Sequence record: MW349129.1
Strand: one strand, 5' to 3'
Length of the DNA stretch: 64,000 nucleotides
Every line of letters begins with the position of its first letter. Within the stretch, counting starts at the first letter, position 1. Shown piece by piece: positions 1-9,896 of this stretch. The notes beneath the pieces were generated by a model. The model had not been told where the DNA came from. It made no database searches and worked only from the letters and a program-made list of their open reading frames with translations. The translations under genes were made by a program, and so were the position numbers.

Positions 1-81
1 GTTGTAAAAAAATAATTTTTTGCAATAACTTAAATTTTTATATGGTTTTGAATTTTTAATTATAAGGAGAGTCAGATATCG

Positions 82-1704
82 TTGGGTAATTATTTAAGAA
101 AAATTACGAAGAATATACAAGATGAGGTCAGTACGAAAGAGTCATTCAATGAGGATGTAATATACTTTAGGGAGAATGAAAACCTAGAAGATATTATATC
201 TGATATTTACAAATCGGTAGAATTTATTAAGGGCGTAAAATTTATTGATTGTAAGGTTGTTCCTCCAAATGAAGTATATGAGTACAATCAAATGACAGAC
301 AAACAATTTAAAGCAAGAGATTTTAGAAAAATCAACGTAGAAGAATCAAAACTATTAGAAGTTCAAATTACTGTAGAATTTGAATCAGCTGAAGGGGAAA
401 AAGAAATATATACGCATAAATTAGATTTCCCTGAGCTTATAGAAGGTCAATACTATTATATTAATGATAATAAGTTCTTCCCTATATTACAATTAGCCGA
501 TACTGAATTCTATAAGCCTAAAGCAAGTACAGTAGTAATGAAAAACTTATTACAACCATTATCAGTAAACGGTTCTAAAAAAGATGAACTTATTGATGAT
601 GATAAGAAAATGCCTAAGAAGTTAAGAGGTAGAACATTATATTTAGAAGTGTTTAATAAAAATAAACCTGTTCCAGCATTCTTATTCTTTATTGCTAAAA
701 TGGGTCTAGATGAAACATTTGAATTCTTAGAAATTAAAAAATATTGTGAATTAGTAGATACCAACGATGAAAAAGATGATAAACACTACTATTTTAGAAT
801 CAATAATAAAATAACCATTCAAGTTGATAAAGAATGGTTAGATCAAGACGATAGATATAGAACTTCTATGGTTTTATGTATTAAAGATTTATTTAAAGGT
901 ATGAGAGCAGGATTAGATAAAATATATGACAAAGAATTCTGGCTTAAGAATTTAGGATCTGTATTTAGTGGGTCTACTAATGTTGATACTAAAATTGAAA
1001 AAGCTAATTCTATGATCTTATCATTTGATCGTATATTAGATAATCGTACTAAAAATATTTCTAGATTAGAACCAGAAGATAAAGAATCAACTTATCATGT
1101 AGTTAAATACATGTTTAAAAACTTTGATAATCTTAATTTATTAGATAATACAGATTTAGCTAATAAACGTTTAAGAGTATTAGAATACTTAACTTATCCA
1201 CTGAATAGAAAGAACTCTGACACATCTTATCGTATGATTAATTTCACAGATAAGAAACGTACAATTAAAAATCTTAAAGGATTATTCTCAGGTGTACCTC
1301 GTGATTTCTTATTAAAAACTATAGGAACATCTGAAGGAATTAGATATTCCAATGCAGTTAATACAATTGACTTATTTACTAGAATTCTTAAAATGACTAA
1401 AGCAGGTCCACAAACTGCTGTTGATACTAGTAAACCATCTATTAGAACTATTAATATCAATAATACTTATTTCGGTAGAATTGATTTAATAGCAACATCT
1501 TCAAACAATCCAGGTATTACACGTACATTAACACCATTCTGTGAGGTTAAAGATCCTGGTGAGAATGGTTCATTCTATTTTGAAAATAAACCTAACATCA
1601 GAGAAAATATTGATACAGATAATTTAGATAAACTAGAAAAAGAATCTGAAGATAATGAAGTAATTTTAGATATTAAAGAAATTGTAGAAGAGGATGATGA
1701 ATAA
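82..1704 (+). CDS. Phage multisubunit RNA polymerase beta subunit, N-terminal half (probably non-virion RNAP)
   Basis: 540 aa, TTG start after AGGAG. Beta-like motifs FPILQLAD, RLRVLEYL, LKMTKAGP, YFGRIDLIATSSNNPGITRTLTPF. Overlaps the start of the beta' gene. Confidence 0.8.
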   Translation: MGNYLRKITKNIQDEVSTKESFNEDVIYFRENENLEDIISDIYKSVEFIKGVKFIDCKVVPPNEVYEYNQMTDKQFKARDFRKINVEESKLLEVQITVEFESAEGEKEIYTHKLDFPELIEGQYYYINDNKFFPILQLADTEFYKPKASTVVMKNLLQPLSVNGSKKDELIDDDKKMPKKLRGRTLYLEVFNKNKPVPAFLFFIAKMGLDETFEFLEIKKYCELVDTNDEKDDKHYYFRINNKITIQVDKEWLDQDDRYRTSMVLCIKDLFKGMRAGLDKIYDKEFWLKNLGSVFSGSTNVDTKIEKANSMILSFDRILDNRTKNISRLEPEDKESTYHVVKYMFKNFDNLNLLDNTDLANKRLRVLEYLTYPLNRKNSDTSYRMINFTDKKRTIKNLKGLFSGVPRDFLLKTIGTSEGIRYSNAVNTIDLFTRILKMTKAGPQTAVDTSKPSIRTININNTYFGRIDLIATSSNNPGITRTLTPFCEVKDPGENGSFYFENKPNIRENIDTDNLDKLEKESEDNEVILDIKEIVEEDDE

Positions 1705-3014
1705 TGGCTAGATTTTTACTTAAGAATAAAGACTTATCAAAATTACCAGTAGTAACTAATCATGAATCAATTGATAAGAAAGGTGATTTCACTGAAGACG
1801 GTATCTTCAGTGAGAAAATCTTTGGACCTGATTCAGATGTAGATAATATTACAAATGAAGCTATAGTTTATTTAGGCAATAACTATATTATTACACCTTT
1901 AGGATATGACAGAATTAAAAAATTAATAGGTAGAAAAAGATTTGCTGAGATTATTAGTTCTGAAAAACCTATTGATGAAAACGGTAATGTAATTGAACCA
2001 GAAGATGACCATAATTCATATATTGGATTAGTTGAATTTAAAAAGAACTTCTTAAAAATTCTTAAAGAAGAAGTTAAACGTGAGAAACGTAAAACTAAAG
2101 ATTACAATAGAGTTGTTCAATGGTATTTAAATGGAACATTATTCCAAAATTATGTAACTGTATTTAGTCCTAAATTGAGACCAGCTACAGTTAATAAAGC
2201 TACTAAGACATTTAGACATTCAGAGATTAATAAAGAATTTAACTTGTTAATTGCTCATAGTAATAGTCTTAAAGAATTAGATGAACACTATACAGATGAT
2301 TCAGTTGAATTGCAGAAATTAAATTTACTTAATAAAATTCAAGATGATAATATGAATATCTATGATCGTATTATTAATGAAAATATTAAAGGTAAAATGG
2401 GTACTATTCGTAAATTGATTATGGGTAGTCGTGTAGGATATTCAGCTCGTTCAGTAATTGTTCCAGCACCTGACTTAAAATTAAATGAAATTAGAATGAA
2501 TTATACAATCTTCTTAGAAATATACAAACCACTATTAGCTAATTTAATGTATGTAACGGAAAATATTCCATTACCTAAAGCAGAAGAAATATTAGGTAAA
2601 GCTTTAGATAACTTTAATCCTAAAGTATATAAATACATGAAAGAATTAGTTAACAAAACTGAAGGTGGTATGAGAGTAATTCTGAACAGGAATCCAAGTA
2701 TCTCAGAGTCATCAGTTCAAATATTAAAAATTAAAGATATTATTAGTGATATTGATTCAGCTGTAGTAGGTATTAGTAATAATATACTTGCAGGAATGGG
2801 AGCAGACTATGATGGCGACACATTGAATATTATAGCTCTCTTCTCAGAAGAGCAATATGATATGTTAAAAGTACAAGATCCAGTCAATCAATTAATATCA
2901 TATAATGATGGTTTATTTAATAGAACTTATTCACTTAATAAAGACTCACAGATTGCAGTTTATTTATTAAATAATCCTAAATCAAAAGATGTAAGTATAA
3001 AAGCTAGTAAATAG
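1704..3014 (+). CDS. Phage multisubunit RNA polymerase beta' subunit, N-terminal part containing the catalytic motif
   Basis: EDGIFSEKIFGP (beta' region A-like), GSRVGYSARSVIVP, NRNPSI, and GADYDGD (variant of NADFDGD). Confidence 0.9.
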   Translation: MARFLLKNKDLSKLPVVTNHESIDKKGDFTEDGIFSEKIFGPDSDVDNITNEAIVYLGNNYIITPLGYDRIKKLIGRKRFAEIISSEKPIDENGNVIEPEDDHNSYIGLVEFKKNFLKILKEEVKREKRKTKDYNRVVQWYLNGTLFQNYVTVFSPKLRPATVNKATKTFRHSEINKEFNLLIAHSNSLKELDEHYTDDSVELQKLNLLNKIQDDNMNIYDRIINENIKGKMGTIRKLIMGSRVGYSARSVIVPAPDLKLNEIRMNYTIFLEIYKPLLANLMYVTENIPLPKAEEILGKALDNFNPKVYKYMKELVNKTEGGMRVILNRNPSISESSVQILKIKDIISDIDSAVVGISNNILAGMGADYDGDTLNIIALFSEEQYDMLKVQDPVNQLISYNDGLFNRTYSLNKDSQIAVYLLNNPKSKDVSIKASK

Positions 3015-3022
3015 ATTTTTTA

Positions 3023-3055
3023 GAATAACGGTCTTATTAGATCGTTATTCTTATT
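3023..3055 (+). terminator. Stem-loop after the RNAP genes
   Basis: GAATAACGGTC / GATCGTTATTC inverted repeat followed by TTATT. Confidence 0.6.
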
Positions 3056-3067
3056 ATATAAATATGA

Positions 3068-3721
3068 TTGGAGACATTGACCATGAATAAAAGACAAGAA
3101 AAGAAATTAGAGAAGAAAAAATTAGAAGAACAAAGTAACGAAGAAATTATAGTTTTACCAAAATTAAAAGAAGAAAAGGATGAAGTTAAAATGAATAAAG
3201 AAGTCAAAGTTAAAAGAGAAGGGTCTTACAAGAAATTAACTAAGGAACAAGTACATTACATTGCAGAATTAATTGATAAAGGACACGGAAATAATTATAT
3301 TTTAAAAGAACTTAAATCTAAGTTTGGTATTGATCGTAAATCACATTCAATTACACATATCAGACGTGGTGAACATCCTACATTTAAAGCACTTACAGAT
3401 GATAATTATTACTTTGCTGAAGTAGGATATCCTACATTTAATGAATACAAAAAGATTTTACGTGGAGAAGTTAAACCTAAAAGTAAAACACGTGTAAAAG
3501 CTGAAGAAACGGTTAATAAAGTAAAAGAGTCACCAGTGGCAGAAAAAGTATCTAGTGTTACAGAAGAGAAAGTAGAACAAGTAAAAGAAAGAATGAGTAA
3601 TATTCAAAAAGATAAAGAAACTGGTAAAGAATATCGTGATGCAGATAGTATTCACAAAGCTGGTAAAACTCAAGAAACTATTTTTGATAAGATTTTCAAA
3701 CGTATTTTAAATATTTTATAA
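3068..3721 (+). CDS. Hypothetical protein, possible HTH DNA-binding segment
   Basis: 217 aa ORF. LTKEQVHYIAELI...SITHIRRG resembles a helix-turn-helix. Confidence 0.5.
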   Translation: METLTMNKRQEKKLEKKKLEEQSNEEIIVLPKLKEEKDEVKMNKEVKVKREGSYKKLTKEQVHYIAELIDKGHGNNYILKELKSKFGIDRKSHSITHIRRGEHPTFKALTDDNYYFAEVGYPTFNEYKKILRGEVKPKSKTRVKAEETVNKVKESPVAEKVSSVTEEKVEQVKERMSNIQKDKETGKEYRDADSIHKAGKTQETIFDKIFKRILNIL

Positions 3722-3739
3722 TAGAAAAGATGATAAGAA

Positions 3740-4792
3740 ATGTCCAAATACGATTTAACTTTATATCATCATTTAAAACAAGAAGTAAAACCATGTAGAT
3801 TAACAACTTCACAGGATGAGACAATGATACGTTGTCCTTTCTGTGGAGATTCTAAAAAGTCTAAAAGTTCAACACATTTATATATACAAAATAGAACTCC
3901 ATTTAAATATTTCTGCCAAAGATGTAATGCTTCTGGAGTTATGAGTAATAAAGTTTTAGCTATGTTAAATAGTGGTAATGTAGAAATAAATAGTTATATT
4001 AACAATCAATATAATGAATATATTTCTAATATGAATAAAAAATATGGTAAATCTTTTATCAATAGAAATACAAAAGAATTAAAATACTACCCAAATAAAT
4101 ATACTGATTTAGAAATAAGCAAGATTAATTATATTAATGAAAGATTGGGTATTAACATAGATGAGAAGGATATTGAATTATATAAGATTATTTTGAATAT
4201 AGAAGACTTTTATAAGAATAATGAATTTGATATAGATAATCAATATCAAATAAATAATCTTAATAATAATTATTTTAGTTATATGTTGAATGATAAGAAC
4301 ACTATTAACTGTAGGTTAATGAATAGCGATACATTTGGGACTAATGGGAAGAAACACTTTAAACAAAAAATATTTAAGAATTTAGCTGATGAAAGTACTA
4401 GATTTTATTCAATTAAAAATGAATTAAGATTGGATAGAAGAGTGTATAACATTCATATAGCTGAAGGATTCTTTGATATATTGGGGATATTTAATCATGT
4501 GTATAATAAAGAAATAAATGACAATGATATATTTATAGCTAATAACGGAAAAGGTTATAAATTTGTATTAAATTATCTAAACAGTTTAGGTATACTTAAT
4601 ATGAATATAAATATTTATTCTGATAGAGATGTTAAAATTACTGATTATCGCAGTAAGAGAATGCTCGGTAATTCGCTACCAGTAATTTTAAATGATGCTA
4701 ATATATATTATAATGAATTTGAAAATGAAAAAGATTTTGGAGTAACAAAAGATAAAATAAAATTATCAGAACCAATTAAGTTTAATCAATAA
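3740..4792 (+). CDS. DNA primase (zinc finger plus TOPRIM)
   Basis: CPFCGDS...CQRC zinc-binding domain; IAEGFFD and DRD TOPRIM acidic motifs. Confidence 0.85.
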   Translation: MSKYDLTLYHHLKQEVKPCRLTTSQDETMIRCPFCGDSKKSKSSTHLYIQNRTPFKYFCQRCNASGVMSNKVLAMLNSGNVEINSYINNQYNEYISNMNKKYGKSFINRNTKELKYYPNKYTDLEISKINYINERLGINIDEKDIELYKIILNIEDFYKNNEFDIDNQYQINNLNNNYFSYMLNDKNTINCRLMNSDTFGTNGKKHFKQKIFKNLADESTRFYSIKNELRLDRRVYNIHIAEGFFDILGIFNHVYNKEINDNDIFIANNGKGYKFVLNYLNSLGILNMNINIYSDRDVKITDYRSKRMLGNSLPVILNDANIYYNEFENEKDFGVTKDKIKLSEPIKFNQ

Positions 4793-4869
4793 ATAAATTT
4801 ATATTATAAAAGTGAGGTAATGGATATTATATTCATTACCTCTAATATTATTTACACTAGGAGAGTGAA

Positions 4870-5376
4870 TTGGATATGACAAAAGAAATTTTTAGCTTAG
4901 AAGATATTTTTAAAGATTTAACAGATTTTCACACGGAAAGTAGATTAGAGGAATTTAGTCACAAGAATATTTTAACATCTTTATTGGAAAACGCAGATAG
5001 TAAAAATAATTTAGAAAAAATATTAATGCTGTTATCTATAAATATTAATTCATCTTTAAGAAATTTAAAATCTATTGAAGATGAAATGATAGATGCTTTT
5101 AGCAAAAATGTAGATATTAAGAAAGATAAAGATAATATTGATTATCTATTAAAAAATCTTAAAGATGTTAAAGATAATTCAACTATGGAAGATTTTAAAG
5201 AATCTTTAATTTTAGAAATATCTTTAGATCAAATTATTGATCAAATTAATGAAGATGATTTTTATAATGAAGAAGTGAAAGATTTATATCTTAAATTCTA
5301 TAATAATCTTTCTATTTTAATTATATCTTTCAAACTATTAAAATTCTATAACGGATTTAATAATGTAGTATCTTAA
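4870..5376 (+). CDS. Hypothetical protein
   Basis: 168 aa ORF with GGAG RBS. Confidence 0.6.
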   Translation: MDMTKEIFSLEDIFKDLTDFHTESRLEEFSHKNILTSLLENADSKNNLEKILMLLSININSSLRNLKSIEDEMIDAFSKNVDIKKDKDNIDYLLKNLKDVKDNSTMEDFKESLILEISLDQIIDQINEDDFYNEEVKDLYLKFYNNLSILIISFKLLKFYNGFNNVVS

Positions 5377-5397
5377 TTAAATTTAATAATAAGGAGA

Positions 5398-6027
5398 ATG
5401 ATTAGAATGAGAGATAAATTTTTATTATTTGAAAATGATGATAATAGCATATATATGCTATTATCAAATTTTAAATTCAATAAAGAAATTAAAATAGATT
5501 ATACACATGATATAAAGAATATCGATGATGTTCCTAAGTATTTTAATAAAGGAGTAAAGAGATTTAAAATGAGATATGACTTCCACTCAGGTCATATTAT
5601 TAGACAAGATGAATTTTACAACTATATGGATAATTTAGATTCTGATTTTAAAAATTCAAATGCCAAAGCTTTAGAGAAAATAACTTTCTCTAATCTTATT
5701 AGTGATGATAAAATCAATATAATATATACAGGTAAAAAAGACGATAATAATAAAATTGTAAAAACTAATATTTACTTTATTGTCCCTGTTAGTATTGTTT
5801 CTGAGAAGTTAAATTCAAATCTAATATCTTTAGATATTACAGCTATGAATAAAAGATTAAATGATGTTTATAAATCTGAAACAACTAATCAGAAATTATT
5901 AGGAATAAAACCTAGTGTTACAAATATCAATATTATTGATAGACAAAATAAAATTATTAATGAATACTTCAGAGATATAGGAGTAGATTATAACTTTATT
6001 AATGATTTTAGTAAATCAGAAGAATAA
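5398..6027 (+). CDS. Hypothetical protein
   Basis: 209 aa ORF with AAGGAG nearby. Confidence 0.6.
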   Translation: MIRMRDKFLLFENDDNSIYMLLSNFKFNKEIKIDYTHDIKNIDDVPKYFNKGVKRFKMRYDFHSGHIIRQDEFYNYMDNLDSDFKNSNAKALEKITFSNLISDDKINIIYTGKKDDNNKIVKTNIYFIVPVSIVSEKLNSNLISLDITAMNKRLNDVYKSETTNQKLLGIKPSVTNINIIDRQNKIINEYFRDIGVDYNFINDFSKSEE

Positions 6028-6041
6028 AGGAGACTATATTT

Positions 6042-6773
6042 ATGATTGAAGAAGCTTTTAAATTAAATTTCATAAGTCTAATATTAAATATACCTTACTT
6101 TTTAATATCAGTCTACTTATTTTATTATTTTTATACTTATAAGAAAATTAAAAATAATAAAGAGGATATATACGATGTAGCACCAATAGCTTTTACAAGT
6201 TATTTGAGTATAATAATTATAATTATACTCAAATTATCTACTAATAGTTTATCTGAGTATGGTAATTTGATATACCATCCTTTTAAAATATTCACTCTAG
6301 TTATAGTAGGTTTAATAATGTATGTTGTACTAGATGCTTCATTATTTATATTTGATAAGATGAAAAGCTCATTAAAGATATTCATTGTATTGAATATATT
6401 CTTAATTGCATTATTAATATCTGATTCATTATTATTTAATATGATTATTATGATAGTCATATCAATTCTATTAATATTAACTTCATTATTCTTCACAGTT
6501 GATAATTTAGATAGTAAAGATAAATATGTAAAAATAACCTTTTCAACATTCTTTACTTTATTCCCTCTATTTTTATCACTGTTAATTATAAATATGGATG
6601 TAATCAAATTTAACTTAATAGATGTTAGTACTAATAATAAAATTGATAATATGCATTTAATTATAATTGTACAAATAATTTTACTAGTATGGAATTTAGT
6701 AGTAATGATATTCAAAATATTTAATATCAACATATACACTGTTATATCAGAAATATTTAAAAGAAATAAATGA
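6042..6773 (+). CDS. Polytopic membrane protein
   Basis: 243 aa with about 7 hydrophobic segments; AGGAG RBS. Confidence 0.65.
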   Translation: MIEEAFKLNFISLILNIPYFLISVYLFYYFYTYKKIKNNKEDIYDVAPIAFTSYLSIIIIIILKLSTNSLSEYGNLIYHPFKIFTLVIVGLIMYVVLDASLFIFDKMKSSLKIFIVLNIFLIALLISDSLLFNMIIMIVISILLILTSLFFTVDNLDSKDKYVKITFSTFFTLFPLFLSLLIINMDVIKFNLIDVSTNNKIDNMHLIIIVQIILLVWNLVVMIFKIFNINIYTVISEIFKRNK

Positions 6774-6828
6774 ATATTAGGATAATGATCAAATTAATGG
6801 TCATTATCCTAATATCATCTTCTTTTTT

Positions 6829-6861
6829 TTGTAACTACTATTATTTTAGATATATATTATA
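6829..6861 (+). promoter_or_regulatory. Early-type promoter (GTAAC-N15-TATATATTATA)
   Basis: TTGTAAC at 6829 and TATATATTATA at 6851; same spacing as the copies at 7135, 8168 and 9517. Confidence 0.6.
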
Positions 6862-6884
6862 ATTATGAAGGGAGGAATATAGTA

Positions 6885-7130
6885 ATGGTATTTAATATTT
6901 TAATAGCATTAGCATATGAGGCACTTATTTCTTTAGGATTAGGAGTTTCAGCTTTTTATATATCTTTATTTTTATTAAGATATGTAAAAAATAATATTAT
7001 CAAGAAAGAAATTAAGAATGAAAATAGGAAGTTATTGTATCTTTCATTATTAATAGTTATAATATTTATGTCAATAAAATCATACGTTGATATAAAATTA
7101 AGTATTATAGAACAAATATTAAAAATGTAG
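6885..7130 (+). CDS. Small membrane protein
   Basis: 81 aa, two hydrophobic helices, GGAGG RBS. Confidence 0.65.
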   Translation: MVFNILIALAYEALISLGLGVSAFYISLFLLRYVKNNIIKKEIKNENRKLLYLSLLIVIIFMSIKSYVDIKLSIIEQILKM

Positions 7131-7134
7131 AAAA

Positions 7135-7167
7135 GCGTAACATAAGACATTTTTAATATATATTATA
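7135..7167 (+). promoter_or_regulatory. Early-type promoter GCGTAAC-N15-TATATATTATA
   Basis: Exact bipartite motif, followed by ATGAAG and a hairpin. Confidence 0.7.
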
Positions 7168-7224
7168 ATAATGAAGATATAATAATATCAATTATATCTT
7201 TAATAAAATAAAGGAGAAATTAAA

Positions 7225-7503
7225 ATGACTGAATTTGAAAATGAAACTAAAGTATCAAAAGAGGAGAAGAAGATTAAAAGATTTATTGATCAAGGTATTG
7301 ATAATTTGTCTGATACCGTAGGAGAAAGTATTGAAGGTATTCCGTTATCTTTAACTGATTATTTTCCTAAAATAAAGAAATTAATTATTAAATTAATTGA
7401 TCGAGAAGAAAGTGATGAAATTAAAATGACAAACGAATCAGGTGAAATATTTAAATTTAATAGAACTTCACATGATATTTATTTAACAGCAATTAAATTT
7501 TAA
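7225..7503 (+). CDS. Hypothetical early protein
   Basis: 92 aa with AAGGAG RBS. Confidence 0.65.
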   Translation: MTEFENETKVSKEEKKIKRFIDQGIDNLSDTVGESIEGIPLSLTDYFPKIKKLIIKLIDREESDEIKMTNESGEIFKFNRTSHDIYLTAIKF

Positions 7504-7540
7504 TGAAAATTTTCTATGAACCAACAATAAAATTAAAGGT

Positions 7541-8173
7541 GTGGTATGTATGATTAAAGTCAATGAACTATTAACACAAATTAAAGAAATAAAAACGAAT
7601 GACAGTTATACGAAATTAATAAACGAGTACAAAGATATGGTTAATAATGGTAGTATATCTTATAAACCATTAAAAGATTATTATAATTTCATTATATATT
7701 ATTTAGAAAAATCCAGATATCAAGCATTGAAATCTAACAACTTTAATGAATCTAATTTAAATATCAAATTATTGATAGAAGATCTAATGACTTTAAACAA
7801 TATTGTTAAATCTGATATTTTTGATACTAAAGAAGTAATCAGATCTACTGGTTTTAAATTAACAAATGGAAGTACATTTGATAGAGTTATCAAATACATT
7901 AAAGATAAACTGGATGAATTAATTATAGAGTTACATTCAGATAATTATAAATATCAAAATATCTATTTTTATCTACCTGAACTAAATAATCTATTGCATA
8001 ATACAATTCATATAGAACGTGTTTTAGATAAAAATAAGGATAATGTAGATATTATTAATATAAATAAATATAATTTATTTGAAATGATGCCTTGTAATAA
8101 CATTATAGATAAAGATGAATTTTATATTATGGTTAATCATTTATATGATTTAGGATCTTTAGAAAAAGCGTAA
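7541..8173 (+). CDS. Hypothetical protein
   Basis: 210 aa ORF. Confidence 0.6.
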   Translation: MVCMIKVNELLTQIKEIKTNDSYTKLINEYKDMVNNGSISYKPLKDYYNFIIYYLEKSRYQALKSNNFNESNLNIKLLIEDLMTLNNIVKSDIFDTKEVIRSTGFKLTNGSTFDRVIKYIKDKLDELIIELHSDNYKYQNIYFYLPELNNLLHNTIHIERVLDKNKDNVDIININKYNLFEMMPCNNIIDKDEFYIMVNHLYDLGSLEKA

Positions 8174-8200
8174 CGTGTAATAAAATAAGTATATATTATA
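8168..8200 (+). promoter_or_regulatory. Early-type promoter GCGTAAC-N15-TATATATTATA
   Basis: Exact bipartite motif. Confidence 0.7.
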
Positions 8201-8259
8201 ATAATGAAGATAGATAGAATATTATCTATCTTTAATAAAAATCAAATGGAGGAATTGAA

Positions 8260-8430
8260 ATGAAAAAGAATTTATTATTGAAAAGTGTAGTAGGATTTGG
8301 ATTAGGTATTGTGTTAGGAGTTGTAAGTAACAAGATTGACGACATGATTATGCAAAAGGAAATGGAAAGACAAATTTTTAAAAAAGCTTCAGAAATGACT
8401 TTTGAACATCCGTTCGCTAACTTAAAGTAA
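8260..8430 (+). CDS. Small membrane protein (56 aa), paralog of 9611-9778
   Basis: Hand-translated MKKNLLLKSVVGFGLGIVLGVVSNKIDD...HPFANLK; GGAGG RBS; missing from the ORF track. Confidence 0.8.
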   Translation: MKKNLLLKSVVGFGLGIVLGVVSNKIDDMIMQKEMERQIFKKASEMTFEHPFANLK

Positions 8431-8457
8431 AGGAGGAAAGAGGATAATTGTTTTAAA

Positions 8458-8510
8458 AGACCTAATGAATATAGATCAATTTCATTAGGTCTATAATTTT
8501 CTATGATCCA
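8458..8510 (+). ncRNA. Repeated structured element (putative H-type pseudoknot), copy 1
   Basis: Stem AGACCTAATGAA/TTCATTAGGTCT; loop TAGATCA can pair with downstream TGATCCA (one mismatch). Confidence 0.55.
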
Positions 8511-8533
8511 ACAATAAAAAGGAGCTAAAATCA

Positions 8534-8845
8534 ATGAATAACAAAACTAAATTAGCAGAATTAAGAAAAGAATTAAGAATCGTATATTCTGATATACGAT
8601 TAAGTAAAACAAGTACTATAGTGGAAAGACTCCACAAGAAAAAAGAAAGACTAATTAAAGAAATTAATGAACTAGTAGAAAAAGATCAAAATGTTTTTGA
8701 TAGAGAAAAACATATAGCAAAAGTCAAAGATCAGAATAATGATAATATTCACAAAGGATCAGATGAATTTTCTAAGGCAGGCAGACTTCATAGAAAATAT
8801 CAAAAACATGATAAACACAGAATATTTAATAATTTAACACAATAA
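8534..8845 (+). CDS. Basic coiled-coil protein, paralog of 10828-11148
   Basis: Shares KGS(D/N)xxxKAGRLH motif with the paralog. Confidence 0.7.
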   Translation: MNNKTKLAELRKELRIVYSDIRLSKTSTIVERLHKKKERLIKEINELVEKDQNVFDREKHIAKVKDQNNDNIHKGSDEFSKAGRLHRKYQKHDKHRIFNNLTQ

Positions 8846-8860
8846 TAAAGGAGAATCATT

Positions 8861-9529
8861 ATGCTAAAAGTAAATAAAAATAATCTGAAGGAATCAAAAT
8901 TAGATTTTACAGGAATTAAAGACTCTTATCAAAAAGGAATTGATTATATTGATTTTGTATATGTAGGAGAACAGAAGCACATCATTAAGGGTAATGAATT
9001 TGTTAAAATATTTATGAACTCAGAAAGAGAAAAAGCCACTGAAAAGTATAATGGTAAATTAAGCAGATTGGATATTATTTCGGTTAATAACTCTTTAAAA
9101 TTCTTAATGAAAATTATGGAAAGTGAAATACTTAATCCTAGGAATATTGTAGAAGAGAATACTATTTCATTACTAAATAAAGAAGAATGGAAATTAACTT
9201 ATAAACACATTATAAGATTATGTAATGATATTATTCAACTTAATATTGAAGATCCAGATCAACAAAATAGCTTGTATTATTTTTCTATGATCCGAGAAAA
9301 ATTAAAGAACAGATATGATAAAACAGAGAAAATCAATAATATTAAGGATCTCAGAGAATTGATTGTCGAGTTATTTTATATGGATATTGATATTGAATAT
9401 TTTGAAGATAAAAATTATGTAACATGGGATAACTCATTAATAGAAGAATATTTTGGAAAAGATATCGACATTATTGTAGACCAATTGATTGTTAGTAAAT
9501 CAGTTGAATTTGAAAAGCGTAACGTATAG
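8861..9529 (+). CDS. Hypothetical protein
   Basis: 222 aa with AAGGAG RBS. Confidence 0.65.
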   Translation: MLKVNKNNLKESKLDFTGIKDSYQKGIDYIDFVYVGEQKHIIKGNEFVKIFMNSEREKATEKYNGKLSRLDIISVNNSLKFLMKIMESEILNPRNIVEENTISLLNKEEWKLTYKHIIRLCNDIIQLNIEDPDQQNSLYYFSMIREKLKNRYDKTEKINNIKDLRELIVELFYMDIDIEYFEDKNYVTWDNSLIEEYFGKDIDIIVDQLIVSKSVEFEKRNV

Positions 9530-9549
9530 TAAAATAAGTATATATTATA
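9517..9549 (+). promoter_or_regulatory. Early-type promoter GCGTAAC-N15-TATATATTATA
   Basis: Exact bipartite motif. Confidence 0.7.
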
Positions 9550-9610
9550 ATTATGAAGAAAGAGATTATCATTAACTCTTTCTAATAAAAATCATAGAGG
9601 AGAAATTAAA

Positions 9611-9778
9611 ATGAAAAAATTATTATTAAAAAGTGCAGTAGGATTTGGATTCGGAATTGTGTTAGGCGTAGTAAGTAATAAGATTGATGACTTAATCATG
9701 GAGAAAGAAATGGAAAGACAAATCTTCAAAAGAGCTTCAGAAATAACTATTCAACATCCATTTAGTAATTTAAAATAA
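9611..9778 (+). CDS. Small membrane protein (55 aa), paralog of 8260-8430
   Basis: Hand-translated MKKLLLKSAVGFGFGIVLGVVSNKIDD...HPFSNLK; GAGGAG RBS. Confidence 0.8.
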   Translation: MKKLLLKSAVGFGFGIVLGVVSNKIDDLIMEKEMERQIFKRASEITIQHPFSNLK

Positions 9779-9804
9779 AGGAGGAAAGAGGATAATCGAT
9801 TTAA

Positions 9805-9860
9805 AGACTTAATGAATATAATGGATCAAGTTCATTAAGTCTATAATTTTCTATGATCCA
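9805..9860 (+). ncRNA. Repeated structured element (putative H-type pseudoknot), copy 2
   Basis: S1 AGACTTAATGAA/TTCATTAAGTCT; S2 TGGATCA/TGATCCA (7 bp). Confidence 0.6.
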
Positions 9861-9896
9861 AACTAAAAAAAAACAAAAAGAAAAGGATGATTTATT

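Larger units (their letters stand above)
8163..8510 (+). repeat. Duplicated ~350 bp cassette (promoter, hairpin, 56-aa membrane peptide gene, pseudoknot element), copy 1
   Basis: Colinear and similar to 9512-9860. Confidence 0.8.
9512..9860 (+). repeat. Duplicated ~350 bp cassette, copy 2
   Basis: Colinear with 8163-8510. Confidence 0.8.

Noticed and set aside
82-3014. Inteins or introns in the RNAP subunits (also checked in nrdE)
   Set aside because: The ORFs are continuous, sizes are unremarkable, and no splicing motifs were seen.
6200-6739. Minus-strand 179-aa ORF, and similar antisense ORFs at 12244-13623, 22563-23181 and 56979-57377
   Set aside because: Shadows of well-supported plus-strand genes; compositionally biased and without RBS.
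8232-8534. Minus-strand 100-aa ORF in the track
   Set aside because: Overlaps the plus-strand 56-aa gene, which has a strong RBS and a conserved paralog.
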